Below, piece after piece: positions 32,179-45,193 of a DNA stretch of 64,000 nt. The notes beneath the pieces were generated by a model. It was not told the DNA's origin and made no database searches. It saw only the letters and a program-made list of their open reading frames with translations. The translations under genes and the position numbers were made by a program. Every line of letters starts with the position of its first letter. The stretch's first letter is position 1. This DNA is from an uncultured Planctomycetota bacterium (GTDB lineage: Bacteria; Planctomycetota; Planctomycetia; Isosphaerales; Isosphaeraceae): NCBI GenBank assembly GCA_963845755.1, contig CAWJTV010000041.1, forward strand, positions 320,001 to 384,000, written 5' to 3'.

Positions 32179-32523
32179 ATGTCTGATCGCCGATTCGTCG
32201 CACTTCCGTGCAAGCTTGCGCCAGGTGCGTTTTCAGGTGAGCGTGTTTTCGAAGTCGATCTGGCCAACGGAGAAACCTACCGCAGTCTGGCACCCCGCCC
32301 GTTCTGCTGGAATGCTCGAGGCCAACTGGTCGCCCAGGCCGAACCAGCCGTCGAGTCGCCCGGGATGGTCGCCGCCCGAATTGTAGATCGAATCGATGAT
32401 GGGCAGGTTCTCGTCGAGGTTCCCGATGGTGAAGTGATTGCCGTTGACGAGAAGACGGTCAAGCAGCGCCCCACCGAGATCAAGCCCCCGGAGCCGAGGA
32501 CTCATGTACCTGTCGGATCGTGA
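32179..32523 (+). CDS. Hypothetical 114-aa protein overlapping the dCTP deaminase start
   Basis: Plausible ORF with RBS; overlaps the downstream gene by 20 bp. Confidence 0.65.
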   Translation: MSDRRFVALPCKLAPGAFSGERVFEVDLANGETYRSLAPRPFCWNARGQLVAQAEPAVESPGMVAARIVDRIDDGQVLVEVPDGEVIAVDEKTVKQRPTEIKPPEPRTHVPVGS

Positions 32524-33145
32524 TTTGAAGTTCGCGGTCGAGACACGGCAACTGATCGTCAACCCGCCCCCTTCCGAATACGATACGACGTCCATCGACC
32601 TCCATCTCGATACGATCAAGGAGGCCAGGATCTGGGACGTCGAGGTCTTCAAAGCGAGGCAGGCGGAGGCCGGGAATGATCCCTGGCTCCACATCGCCCG
32701 ATATCGGTTTCGGGCGTTCTCTCAAGAATTCTGCCGGAGCGTGCCGGATGGTCCCGCGCCCGATCGCCTGGTATATCGCCATGCTGACCGAGTGATTCTC
32801 AGGCCGGGCGGCTTCTTCCTCTGGCAGACCCGTGAAGAAGTCGGAACCCCGGAAGAGGATCCGCGTCTCATCTGCTTCGTCAATGGAAAGAGTTCGTCGG
32901 CACGGATGGGTCTCCTCGTCCACATGACCGCCCCCACGATCCATGCCGGTTGGTGGGGGCAGATCACCCTGGAAATCGCGAACCTCGGTCCGTTTGAGTT
33001 GTGTCTCGCCGAGGGAGATGCGATTTGCCAGATCGTCGTCGCGGTGATCTCGAGCCCACCAATCAAGCGAAAGAATGACGAAGGGATAGCGATCGGCCAG
33101 CGCAACGTAGGTGGCGCGGCCGAACCTGAGGAACCAGTACCGTGA
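32504..33145 (+). CDS. dcd: dCTP deaminase (trimeric dUTPase fold), divergent
   Basis: MYLSDRDL, SIDLHL, GKSSSARMGLLVHMTAPTIHAGWWGQITLEIANLG, ICQI; GAGGA RBS. Confidence 0.8.
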   Translation: MYLSDRDLKFAVETRQLIVNPPPSEYDTTSIDLHLDTIKEARIWDVEVFKARQAEAGNDPWLHIARYRFRAFSQEFCRSVPDGPAPDRLVYRHADRVILRPGGFFLWQTREEVGTPEEDPRLICFVNGKSSSARMGLLVHMTAPTIHAGWWGQITLEIANLGPFELCLAEGDAICQIVVAVISSPPIKRKNDEGIAIGQRNVGGAAEPEEPVP

Positions 33146-33195
33146 TCGTAGGCCGCTCGTTGCGACAGGCTCCGATATCGAAGACGAGGCTTATC

Positions 33196-33455
33196 ATGGA
33201 CACCAAAGTCATCCCGCTGAGTGACTTCCAGGTCGACACAGCGGGAGTGCTCAACCGGTGCTACGACTCGGGACAGCCTGTTCTCGTCGAGTTGCCCAAT
33301 CGCGGGCTCGTCTCCATCCAGCCTGTCGAATCGGATGACGATCTGGTCAATGACCTGATCGAGCACAACCCGGCGTTTCGCGCACTTCTCGAGAAATCGC
33401 TTGCCAGCCCGCGCGTGCCTTTTCCATCGGCAAGCTCGGTGGAGCAACCGGGTTC
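33196..33455 (+). CDS. Phd/YefM-like antitoxin; 3' end unclear (frame runs on into the opposing gene to 33621)
   Basis: MDTKVIPLSDFQVDTAGVLNRCYDSGQPVLVE resembles the Phd N-terminal DNA-binding motif. Confidence 0.55.
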
Positions 33456-33681
33456 TGAAGGCGTCCTCCACCGTGACCGACTCGCGGATGAGACACCACA
33501 TCTCGATCAGGTTCAAGATCACGCCACGCAGGTATTCCATGCGGACGAAGACCGGCACCATCACCTCGGCACTGCCGACGGCCTCGCGGACCGCGGCCTG
33601 CTGAAGTGTGTGTCCGTGTAGCTGGTGGACGACAGCGGAAGTGTCGAGCAGGAGGCGGGCCGTGCTACGCTTGCGGGCCAT
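33455..33681 (-). pseudogene. Truncated PIN-domain protein (N-terminal ~75 aa)
   Basis: LLLDTSAVV and VPVFVRMEY PIN-type motifs; the reading frame then runs antisense into the antitoxin and dcd genes. Confidence 0.55.
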
Positions 33682-34102
33682 CCTCGTCCTCTTCCAGGTC
33701 GAGCGAGGACAGGTCGATGGTCGGCCCGGACGGGATGCCCAGCGCCTTGAAGTGCCGGCGGATGGCGTCGTACTCCTCGAAAGTGAACTCCCCCTCGCGC
33801 CTTGCGGCGGAAAAGGCGCCCCGTAGGCCGTCGAGCACCCCAGGTGTGTACCCCTTCCAGGTCAGGGACGCCAGAGCCGCCTCGACGAGCGTGATGACGG
33901 AGAGGAAATTGTTGTCCTCGGGGCGGGCCGACAGGATGGCATGACCGCGGACGAGTTCCCGCTTCAGCAACTGAACCTCGGCGGCCAGCGACACGTCGCC
34001 CAGGCGAGTCGCCAGCCGGTCCACACGGGCCAGGAGTTGGCGGGCCAGGTCGGCCCGCGTGTCGGGTTGCTGCTCGATTCTCTGTCCGAGGCCGGTAGAC
34101 AC
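33665..34102 (-). CDS. Hypothetical helical protein overlapping the PIN gene start
   Basis: GTG at 34102 after a GAGGGG RBS; acidic tail; 17-bp overlap with the PIN ORF. Confidence 0.6.
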   Translation of the reverse strand: MSTGLGQRIEQQPDTRADLARQLLARVDRLATRLGDVSLAAEVQLLKRELVRGHAILSARPEDNNFLSVITLVEAALASLTWKGYTPGVLDGLRGAFSAARREGEFTFEEYDAIRRHFKALGIPSGPTIDLSSLDLEEDEDGPQA

Positions 34103-34206
34103 GCTGTACCCCTCTTCATCTTGTGTGCGACTTTGGCGGTCGTCGTCACCGGCCGGATTATCCCGCAGCAACCGCAGGGGGTCAACCGCGGGGCGCTTCG
34201 TTCCCG

Positions 34207-36173
<1,967 letters not shown>

Positions 36174-36250
36174 GGTCGCTTCGCTCCCGTTTTCAATGTT
36201 CAATTCTCAGCGTTCGATTGCTCGGTGAACCAGCCTGTTCGACCGGGAAC

Positions 36251-36961
36251 TCACGGCGCCAGCGCCGCGAATGTGGCTTCGAGGAGGAGCCACATCTCCA
36301 GTCGCTGGAGCCGTCGGGCGAGGGCCTCGCGCGGAGTGCCGGCCTTGGCCTCGGTGCACAGGTCGATCATGGCCGACGCGTTCCAGCCTCCGCCGGAGAT
36401 CAGACGCGCGGCGAGCGATGTGTCGCCGTGCTGGTCGAGCAGGGGGCGGGCCGCATTGGCCAGCGGCGTGAACAGCGGATGCCGGCCGACGCGCCGGAAC
36501 CAGTAGGCGGAGTTGCTCGCATCGGGCTCGCGGCGATGCGCGATGCCGTGCCAGTAGGCCGAGAAATCGCGTTCGCCCAGGTCGTCGGCCTTCTGCGCGG
36601 CCTCGTGGCTGGCATCCCAGAAGTCGTAAACCTGGAGCAACCCGGCGGCGAGCGCCAGTCGCAGCCGGCTGGCGACGCCCGGGAACACCGCGACCCAGGC
36701 CGGCTCCGACAACGCCCGCTCCAGCCGCGGCAGCCGCGGCTTGGCTTGCACCAGCGGCAGTCCCGGCGAGTCGTCGCCGCCGAGGGCGTCGAAGGCTATC
36801 GCCGCGACCACATCCGCCGGCACCAACGCGCCGCTCCGGACCAACGCGGCGGGTTGCTCGCCCGCCTCGAGACGGGCGATGACGTCCGAGACCGCGCTCC
36901 CCTCCGACCTCAACCTCTGTCGATCCCCGTCCATGACCAGCCGATCTTGAAGCACGCCCAT
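36251..36961 (-). CDS. Conserved hypothetical protein
   Basis: WDASHEAAQ and YWHGIAHRREPDASNSAYWFRRVG motif. Confidence 0.7.
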   Translation of the reverse strand: MGVLQDRLVMDGDRQRLRSEGSAVSDVIARLEAGEQPAALVRSGALVPADVVAAIAFDALGGDDSPGLPLVQAKPRLPRLERALSEPAWVAVFPGVASRLRLALAAGLLQVYDFWDASHEAAQKADDLGERDFSAYWHGIAHRREPDASNSAYWFRRVGRHPLFTPLANAARPLLDQHGDTSLAARLISGGGWNASAMIDLCTEAKAGTPREALARRLQRLEMWLLLEATFAALAP

Positions 36962-37018
36962 CAGTCAGCCCCCTCGCAACACGCCGACGGCCAGCCCGGC
37001 GCGGCGGTCCCACGCGGA

Positions 37019-39019
37019 TCAGAAGAAATAATCCTTCACCAACTGGAAGATGTCCTTGAGATTGATGGCCACGATCAGGCCCAGGACGAAGAACACGCCG
37101 AGCCAGGTGCCCGCGATCAGTGCCGAAGCGGGGAGCGGGCGGCCCCGGACTTTCTCGGCCAGGAGGAAGACCATCTGTCCGCCGTCCAGGGGCGGGATCG
37201 GCAAGAAGTTGAGGACGGCCAGATTGATGCTAAGGACCCCCAGGAAGTGGATCAGGTAAGTCAGGCCGAGTCGGGCGGCCGTGTAGGCCACCATCGTGAT
37301 GGGGATCAGACCGCCCATGCTGCTGACGCTGATCCGACCGGTGAAGAGGCTGCGGAGCATGGCGTAGATGGTCAGGATATTCTCGATCGTGTCGTCGAAT
37401 CCCCAGCGCAGGGCCGAGGCGATGGGCTGCGGGGGGAGCTTGTGACTCAGCCCCAGGAATTCCAGCCCTCGCAAGGGATAGTACCAGTCGGGGTCGGGCG
37501 CGGGCGTGATCCGCACCGGCTGGGATGCGTTATTGACGATCAGCTCGACTTCCCAGTTCTGGAGCTGCAAGAACCAGAACGCGCTGACCCAGCCGTCGAC
37601 CCGGTTGGCGAAGTCGAAGGTCTGGGCACGGCTGGAAACGCCCGGGGAGGCGACATCCTGCTTGGACCGTTTGGGCGGCTTGAGGGTCATGGAGTTGATG
37701 ACGTCGCCGGCCTTGAGGCCCGCCTTGGCCGCGGGCGAGTTTGGCTGGACGGCGACGACATGGGGCGTGACCCGGTAGCAAAACCCCACGCCGGGGACAT
37801 CGAGCTCGTCGGTCACCAGGATGCGTTCGGTCCAGGGGGGCGTGTCGTCGGGCGTCACGACGATCGTCAGGTTCTTACGCTCGCCGCGGAGGGGCGTGCG
37901 CTCGATTTCGAAGGTCATCGGTTTACCCGCGTTCTTGAGGCACTGGTTGGGCAGCCGCATCGGGTCGAAGTCGTGGCCGTCGACCTTGACGAGCCGGTCG
38001 CCCGGCCGGAAACCCGCCGCCTCGGCCGGGGATCCGCCGCGGATCGCGCTGATGGGCTCGGCGGTCAGGAGGAGGCCGAAGTCGAGGAACTGGACCGGCG
38101 GCAAGGTCAGCTCGACACGCTCGGTGACCGGCCCATCCTCGCCCGCGGACGCCGCCCGGCGTTCGAGGACATGCTTGACCTTCCCGGAGAGGTTCCGGCT
38201 CAGGAGCCGGTCATACTCCTCGATGGTGGTCAGCGGCGTGAGGTCGCCATCGGCGGGGCCCGCCGCGACCAGGGTGTCCACGAAGGGTTCCGACTTCCGG
38301 CGCTCGAGTCCCGGGTACGCGGGTGGATCGGTCATCCCCGGCGGAGCCAGGAAGCCGCCGCTGCTGAGCGACTCGCTCGGGCGAACGCCGATGGTCGGGC
38401 GGTAATTGTCCGCCTCGCGGACCGGCTGGATCTCCATCGGGATCAGCTCGCGGTGCCCGCTTCGCCGGATGCCGAACCGGAGGACCTGGTCCTGCCGGCT
38501 GAGCGAGACCTTCAGCATCAATGTGTTGAAGCTGACCTCGCGGCGGCCGTCGATCTCCTCGACCTCGTCGCCCACCTCCAGGCCCGCCTTGTACGCCGGC
38601 GAGCCCGCGAGCACGCTCCCGACCTTCGCCGGGGTCACCTCCATGCCGTGACCGTAGGCGTACACGAAGCATGCCAGGCCGAGGAACACGTTCATGATCA
38701 CCCCGGCCGAGATGATCGCCATCCGCGCCCCGACCGACTTGTTCGGATAGGCCCTGGGATCGGTCGACTGGCTCGTCTCTTCGTCGGGCCCCTCGCCCAG
38801 CATCTTGACGAAACCCCCCAGGGGGATCGCCGCGATGACGTACTCGGTCTCGCCCCGGCGGAATCCGAAGATCGTCGTGCCGAAGCCGATCGAGAACTTC
38901 TCCACCTTCACGCCGTTCCACTTGGCCAGGAGGAAGTGTCCCAGCTCGTGGATGAAGATCACGAAGCCAAGGCCCACGACGACCTTCAGGATATTCAGCA
39001 GCCAGCTCAGGGTTTCCAA
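37019..39019 (-). CDS. rseP: Site-2 protease (M50) with PDZ domains
   Basis: HELGH, PLGGFVKM, several GSPA..AG PDZ units, NFLPIPPLDGG; follows dxr. Confidence 0.92.
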   Translation of the reverse strand: METLSWLLNILKVVVGLGFVIFIHELGHFLLAKWNGVKVEKFSIGFGTTIFGFRRGETEYVIAAIPLGGFVKMLGEGPDEETSQSTDPRAYPNKSVGARMAIISAGVIMNVFLGLACFVYAYGHGMEVTPAKVGSVLAGSPAYKAGLEVGDEVEEIDGRREVSFNTLMLKVSLSRQDQVLRFGIRRSGHRELIPMEIQPVREADNYRPTIGVRPSESLSSGGFLAPPGMTDPPAYPGLERRKSEPFVDTLVAAGPADGDLTPLTTIEEYDRLLSRNLSGKVKHVLERRAASAGEDGPVTERVELTLPPVQFLDFGLLLTAEPISAIRGGSPAEAAGFRPGDRLVKVDGHDFDPMRLPNQCLKNAGKPMTFEIERTPLRGERKNLTIVVTPDDTPPWTERILVTDELDVPGVGFCYRVTPHVVAVQPNSPAAKAGLKAGDVINSMTLKPPKRSKQDVASPGVSSRAQTFDFANRVDGWVSAFWFLQLQNWEVELIVNNASQPVRITPAPDPDWYYPLRGLEFLGLSHKLPPQPIASALRWGFDDTIENILTIYAMLRSLFTGRISVSSMGGLIPITMVAYTAARLGLTYLIHFLGVLSINLAVLNFLPIPPLDGGQMVFLLAEKVRGRPLPASALIAGTWLGVFFVLGLIVAINLKDIFQLVKDYFF

Positions 39020-40177
39020 CGCTCAACCTCCCGCCGGGCCCAGGCGTCGACGCTCCACAACGATTCGAGCGTGGGCCTTGGATCATACGTGTGAGAGTCC
39101 AGGGCCGCGCGGCAGGCCCGGGGGATGTCGAGGAAGCCGATCTCCCCGGCGAGGAACCGCGCGACCGCCGCCTCGTTGGCGGCGTTCGAGCGCCGCACCG
39201 GCCGTCCCTCCCCGCCTCATGACCTCGAACCCGAGGTCCAGGCTGGGGAACGTCTCCCGGTCCGGCGGCTCGAAATGCAGCGCGAACGTTCGGGCCCAAT
39301 CCAGCGCGGGGTTCGGTCCCGGCACCCGGTCCGGGTATGTCAGCGCGTACTGGATCGGCAGTCGCATATCCGGCGGCGAGAGCTGCGCGATCACGCTGCC
39401 ATCGACGAATTCCACCAGGGAATGGACCACGCTCTCGGGATGAATCACCACCTCCACCTGCTCCGGCTCGAGCTGGAACAGCCAGCGCGCCTCGATGACC
39501 TCCAGGGCCTTGTTCATCAGGGTGGCCGAGTCGATGGTGATCTTCGGGCCCATCTGCCAGGTCGGGTGCTTCAGGGCCTCCTCGGGGGTGACGTGCGCCA
39601 GCTCCCGGGCCGATCGGCCCCGGAACGGGCCGCCGGAGGACGTCAGGATCACCCGGCGCACGTCCTCGCGCCGGCCCGCCTTCAGCGCCTGGAAGATCGC
39701 CGAATGCTCGCTGTCCACCGGAATGATCTGCGCCCCCCGCGCTCGAGCCAGCTCCATCACCAGCGGACCGGCGACGACCAGCGTCTCCTTGTTCGCCAGC
39801 GCCACGATCTTCCCGGCCTCGAGCGCCGCCCACGTCCCTCGCAGACCCACCGCCCCGACAATCGCACTCAAGACCCGATCTGTCGCCGGGTCCTGGACCA
39901 TCTTCACCAGGCCGTCCAGACCGGAAAGGACCTGAACTCCCGTCCCCCGCAACTCCTGCTCCATCGGCCGCGACCGCTCCGGATCGGTGACCACGATGAA
40001 GCGCGGCCGATGCGCAACCGCTTGCGCCGCCAGAACTTGCCAGTTCGAGTGGGCGCTGAGCCCCCAGGCTCTTAACCGCAGCCCAGCGTCGTGCTCGATC
40101 ACGCTCAGCGCACTTCTCCCGATCGAGCCCGTCGAGCCGAGGACCACGACGTGAGTGAGTGAATCAATGCAATCCAT
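39007..40177 (-). CDS. dxr: 1-deoxy-D-xylulose-5-phosphate reductoisomerase (frameshift near 39195)
   Basis: LGSTGSIG, LANKETLV, PVDSEHSAIFQ, HPTWQMGPKITIDSATLMNK, NAANE. Confidence 0.95.
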
Positions 40178-40498
40178 GCGTGAGGGTCGCGCTCCCGGTG
40201 GCAAGTGTCAAGTGTCGAGTGGTTCTTGCAGGTCGGGTTTCTCTTGCCGCTTGCCATTCAAGAGCATAAGTGATTCTCTCCCTGCCGGACAAGCCGGGCG
40301 GGGTTTGTCCCTGGTCCTTGGCGGGACGGCGCGGAGCCTTGAGCCGATCGACACACGGTCGGGATGGGTCGAGGTGACATAAACTGAGGTAGGACCGAGT
40401 GATCCCCGGTAGTTTCCGCCGGGTGGCTTCGAGTACAATTCAGCAAGGATGGAAAAATGCACCCGGGACGAAGGACAAAGGACAAAGGACCAAGATTC

Positions 40499-41778
40499 AT
40501 GCATGTTCGTCGGCTTCGGCCTGGGACGGTGGTGGTCGGACTGGTTTTCCTCGTCACGATCGGCTGCTCCTCGGAGGAGGACGCGCCGCTGGACCCGGGC
40601 GTGTCCCCCTTCTACCCGGGCCCGGCCGAATCGACGAAGGCGACCACGGGACCGGGTGGGGTCGGCGGGCCAATCGCCGGCGGGACCGCGACGTCCGCAA
40701 CCCCGGGCGGACCGGTCGGTGCAGACGCGGCCGCGCGCCGGAATCCGAGGAGCCGATCGGCCCCGAGAATATCGAGCGGCGTCTCCGGATGGCGTTGCGC
40801 GCCGCCGAGAAGGGGGATATGGCCCGAGCCGTGAGGGACCTGGACCGGATCCTGGCCATCCAGCCGCTGAACCGCGAGGCGCTGCTCAGTCGCGCCTATA
40901 CGGCGCTGGGGGAGGCGGAAAAGCCCGGTGGGGCAGGGGACCGCACCGCCGCGCTCGAGAAGGCCGGCGTCTTGATGAAGACGCTCCGTCGCGCCTTTGA
41001 TAAACCGACGAAGGCGGAGATCATCCTCTATGCTCAGGTGCTCTACACCCAGGCCCGGGAGTATGCCAGCCAGGGTCGGCGCGCGCAGGCCATGGCCATG
41101 CTGACTGAGACCCACGACGCGGGCATCGACGTCTTCGACCAGATCGAGCGCGACGACGCGATGGCTTCGCTCCGAACCTGGCCGGAATATCGGACATTCC
41201 TCAAGACTATCGACGACGAGGACCTGGCCAAGGCCCGCACGGTGGTCAAGAACGGCCTCGACAATCCGCTCGACTTCTCGTTCGACTTCCAGCTCAAGGG
41301 TATCGACGGCAAACCCCTCTCACTCGCCCAGTTGCAGGGGAAGGTCGTCCTCGTCGACATCTGGGGCACCTGGTGCAAGCCCTGCCGCGAGGCCATCCCT
41401 GGCCTGATCCAGCTCTACCGCAAGCACCACCGCCGCGGGCTCGAGATCGTCGGGCTCGCCTTCGAACAGACTCCCAACCCCGAGGAAGCCCTGGCCATGG
41501 TCAAGCAGGCCGTCCAGGCGACGGGAATCCCCTATCGTTGTGCCCTCATCGACGAAGAATTCACGAAAAAGATCCCCAACTTCAATTCCTTCCCCACCAC
41601 GCTGGTTCTCGACCGCGCGGGGAAGGTTCGGGTGCTCGTGACAGAGAATAGCCAGGAACTCCTCGGCGTGCTCGACGCCATCGTGCAAGTCCTGGCTGCC
41701 GAGCCGGTCAAGCCGGCCGAGGCCAAGCCGGCCGAAGCCAAGCCGGCCGAGGCCAAGCCGGTTGCGAAACCGCTCTGA
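40499..41778 (+). CDS. Probable lipoprotein with TPR-like region and TlpA/redoxin domain (frameshift near 40745)
   Basis: Lipobox-like TIGC; WGTWCKPC; FPTT; C-terminal (KPAEA)n repeat. Confidence 0.85.
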
Positions 41779-41789
41779 GAGGTTCGACT

Positions 41790-42030
41790 CTGAAGGTCCC
41801 AGAGCCGGATCGTCTTGTCTCCACCGGCGGCGAGGGCACAACGGCCGTCGGGCGAGAACCGTGCCGAGATGATCCGGCCGCCCGTGGGGCCGAACCTCCG
41901 AATCAGGCGCCCGTTCTGGCGGTCCCAGAAGACCTGTCGATGCGTCCCAGAGCCGGGCCGTCTTGTCCTCGCCCCCGGTTAGCACGGTCTTGAGCGATTC
42001 GGCCAGAATCCAGACGCGGCCGGCGGCCGT
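41790..42030 (-). pseudogene. WD40-repeat gene remnant
   Basis: Fragments in different frames: VLTGGEDKTARLWDASTG and FSPDGRCALAAGGDKTIRLWDL; no start or full ORF. Confidence 0.65.
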
Positions 42031-42210
42031 ATGCAATCCTGCATCATATCTTAATAGAAACAATCCAGGAATGCTGGTCCGGTGAACGAAAAACGTCCGG
42101 CGAGCGCAAGACTTCTTAGGCCAATAAGCATTTACATTCTGGACAAATCTCACTCTCGCCTCTTGACTTTGCGATTTCGCTTCGGGAAAACATAGGCGAT
42201 ATCGGATCTA

Positions 42211-42326
42211 CTACGAGGGGGGGACACATTGAGGTCCGTCCCGCTCCTCGTAGGGTTTATCCCTTTCTGATCCTCAGGATTCATGCTGAGGATCGGCCCG
42301 AGATAAATCCTGCAACGACCGCAGGA
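42211..42326 (+). promoter_or_regulatory. Putative structured 5' leader of the cytochrome c cluster
   Basis: Hairpins at 42211-42253, 42269-42294 and 42308-42326, plus an enclosing stem 42253-42261/42302-42310. Confidence 0.4.
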
Positions 42327-42396
42327 CCTGACGTACCTGTCGCCGAAATTCGGGTCAATCATCGGCTGCGCGAGTTCTCAACAGGAGGATTGTCGC

Positions 42397-45154
42397 ATGA
42401 GGTCCCTCTACCTGGCCCTCTCTGCATCCGTCGTATTTGGATTGGGTGCCGTCCTCTGGATCTCGATCTCGACGCAGCCCGTCGGTGCGGCCCGAGCCGA
42501 GGACGGGCCGCTCCTGGAGCGTACGCAGGACCAGCCGACAGGGGGCGGGCCCGCAGGGCTCGGCGCCGGAGGCCAGGAGCCCGATCGCTCCCGGTTCCCC
42601 GACAGCTTCCGGTATTACGGCCCCAACGGGCTCTGGAACACGTGGAACGACGACCAGAAGATCGGCCGCAATACCTGGCAGTTCTACACCGCCGGAAACC
42701 AGAAGTTCTACCACATCCTGGCGAAGTTCGCGGGTGGGTTCGACATCTCGGTCAACTTCTACCGCCTGCTCGACTCGAAGGAACGTCCCGACCGGTTCCG
42801 CAAGGTCGGGGTGATCAACGAACCCAACTTCGTCCAGGCCGGCGCAGGAGGAAACCGATGAGTACGGGTTCCACATGGACAAGTGGAACGGCGATCCCGA
42901 AGGCTGCTACGACGAGGCCACCGGCGCGCCGCTGGGTCCCAAGGCCGAGCCGCTTGCAGGACCGACGACGGGGAAGAAAGGCTATTACCCCTGGAACCCC
43001 AAGTGGTACGGCGAGCCGACCGGGATTCTCGGCCTGCGCAAGTTCCCCAACCCCGCATTCTCGGACGACCTGAAGAAAGCCTGGCTCGCGGACCCGAAAG
43101 GGAGCGTGCGGAAGTACTTCAAGGACCCGGGCACGGTCGAGCCCCCTTATCTCGTCGGGATCGCCTGCGCGTTCTGCCACATCGCCTTCGACCCGCTGAA
43201 TCCGCCCAAGGACCCCGCCAGCCCGCGCTGGGAGAACCTGGCGGCGAATATCGGGAACCAGTACCTACGCGAGGGGGAACTCTTCTTCGGCGCCGGACGG
43301 GTCGTCGGCGGCAACGCCACACCCGGGCCGAACTACCAGAATGGTGACGGCGACCCGTACGACACCAAGGGGCTCGACGCGAAGACCTTCCTGTATCAGT
43401 ACGGCCATACGCAGGAGCCGGGAACCTCAGAAACGTCGCGATTCTCTTATGACTTCATTAATAATCCGAATACGATCAACCAGATCATCAACCTGAGTCA
43501 CCGCAGGAACTTTTTCGAGACGACTCCGGACGGCCACCTGCTCTCCACCTTCCACATCCTCAAGGACGGCGCCGACTCGGTCAGCGTCCGGACGGCCCTG
43601 CTGCGCGTGTACATCAACATCGGGTCGGAGGGGGACTACTGGGCCGACCACCTCTGGAACCCGGCCACCGGGACGCCCCAATCGCCGTTCCAGCTCAAGG
43701 AGGTCAAGGGATTCGTGTCGGAGGCTCGCTGGGCCGAGCTCCGCAAGAAGTACCCCGAGTTCGGCGACGCCTGGAATGAGTCGGAGCTGCGGGTGGACAA
43801 GCTGATCAGCTACCTCACGTCGTACACGCCGTATCTGCTCGCGAGCGCCAAGGATGAGAACGGCAAGCCCTACATCAGCCCGGATGAGGGACAACTCCGC
43901 AACGGGGCGAGCCTGTTCATCCAGCATTGTGCCCGTTGCCATTCGAGCGACCAGCCCGAGGATAGCTATCCCAACTCACTCAACCCCGATCCAATGTCGT
44001 ATTACCGGGCCAGCTTCGCCAAGGCCGATTTCCGGCTCACGAACACCTTCTCCGACGACGTAAGGTATCCGTTCAACCTGGCGGGTTTCGGTATCAATGC
44101 GGGGCGGGCCATGGCCACCAATGCGATCGACGGCGACATCTGGGCCGATCTCTCGTCCAAGGACTACAAGGCCCTGCCGCCGCTCCGGACGATCCAGTTC
44201 GAGAATCCGCTCAACCTGCTCGATCCGGGGCGATTCGGCAGTACCCCGATCGTCACCGAATTCACCGCCCCCGGCGGCGGGCGGGGCTACTATCGGACCG
44301 CCGCCCTCAACAGCATGTGGGCCACGGCGCCGTACCTCCACAACAATTCGATCGGCGATCCTCCGGTCAGCGTCGATCCAAAGACCCAGGAGCAGTACCT
44401 CGACGCGCGGTACATCACGATCAAGGGTCGGCTGGAGCTATTCGATAAGGCGATCACGGAGCTGCTGAACCCCGATCAACGCATGCCGAAGATCAAGGTC
44501 ACCTCGGCCGACTGCGGCCTGATCGGCGACCTGCCCGGAGTCCGGGGCCGGCTCGTCGAGATCATCAAGGACCTGGCGAAGATGGAGCTGCAACAACTGA
44601 TCGGGCAGGCCGTCGGCGATGCGGTCGACTCCCTCGATTTCCCCGACGCCTTCAAACCCCTGAAGCCGACTATTAAGCAGGGCATCCTCGACTTGCTCGT
44701 CGTGTTCGAGCCGGTGTTCGACGACCTGTCCAAGCCGGAGAACCTCGAGAAGGTCAAGCAATTCATCATCGACAAAGTCCACCAGCGGATCGACGAAGTA
44801 ATCCAGCAGAAGATCGCCGGCCGGCCGAAACTGGCCGTACTCGTGGCCGACATCAAACCGAAGTTCGATGCGGAGCTCGAGAAAAAGATGAAGTCGCTCA
44901 AGGACCTGCTCCCGCACGATCTGATCATTCCGAAGGGGACGCCGATCAATCTTCTCCTGAACCTCAACGCCGGACGAGCGCCATACGCCCTGAAGTTCTT
45001 CCTCAAGAACAGGGCCAACGAGCGGCTCGTCGTCGAGGAGCTGCTCAGGCTGAGCGACTGCCCGGACCTGGTCGAGAACCGTGGGCACACCTATGGGTCC
45101 GAATTGTCGCCGAAGGACAAGCGCGACCTGATCGAGTTCTTGAAGACGTTGTGA
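42397..45154 (+). CDS. Large exported di-heme c-type cytochrome, RoxA/MauG-related (frameshift near 42850)
   Basis: Signal peptide; CAFCH (43166-43180) and CARCH (43928-43942); MWATAPYLHNNS motif; C-terminal GHTYG...KRDLIEFLKTL; AGGAGG RBS. Confidence 0.85.
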
Positions 45155-45193
45155 CGCAGGCTGGAGAGCGAACTACGTCGAGGAGGATGGACC

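Noticed and set aside
36218..39094. 958-aa plus-strand ORF
   Set aside because: Antisense shadow of rseP and its neighbour; no recognisable motifs.
40468..40490. Short GGACAAA heptamer run
   Set aside because: Only about three units; an ordinary intergenic repeat of this lineage.
42185..42210. Possible dif-like site at the left edge of the cytochrome cluster
   Set aside because: Spacing between CATA and TATC does not fit the 11-6-11 layout.
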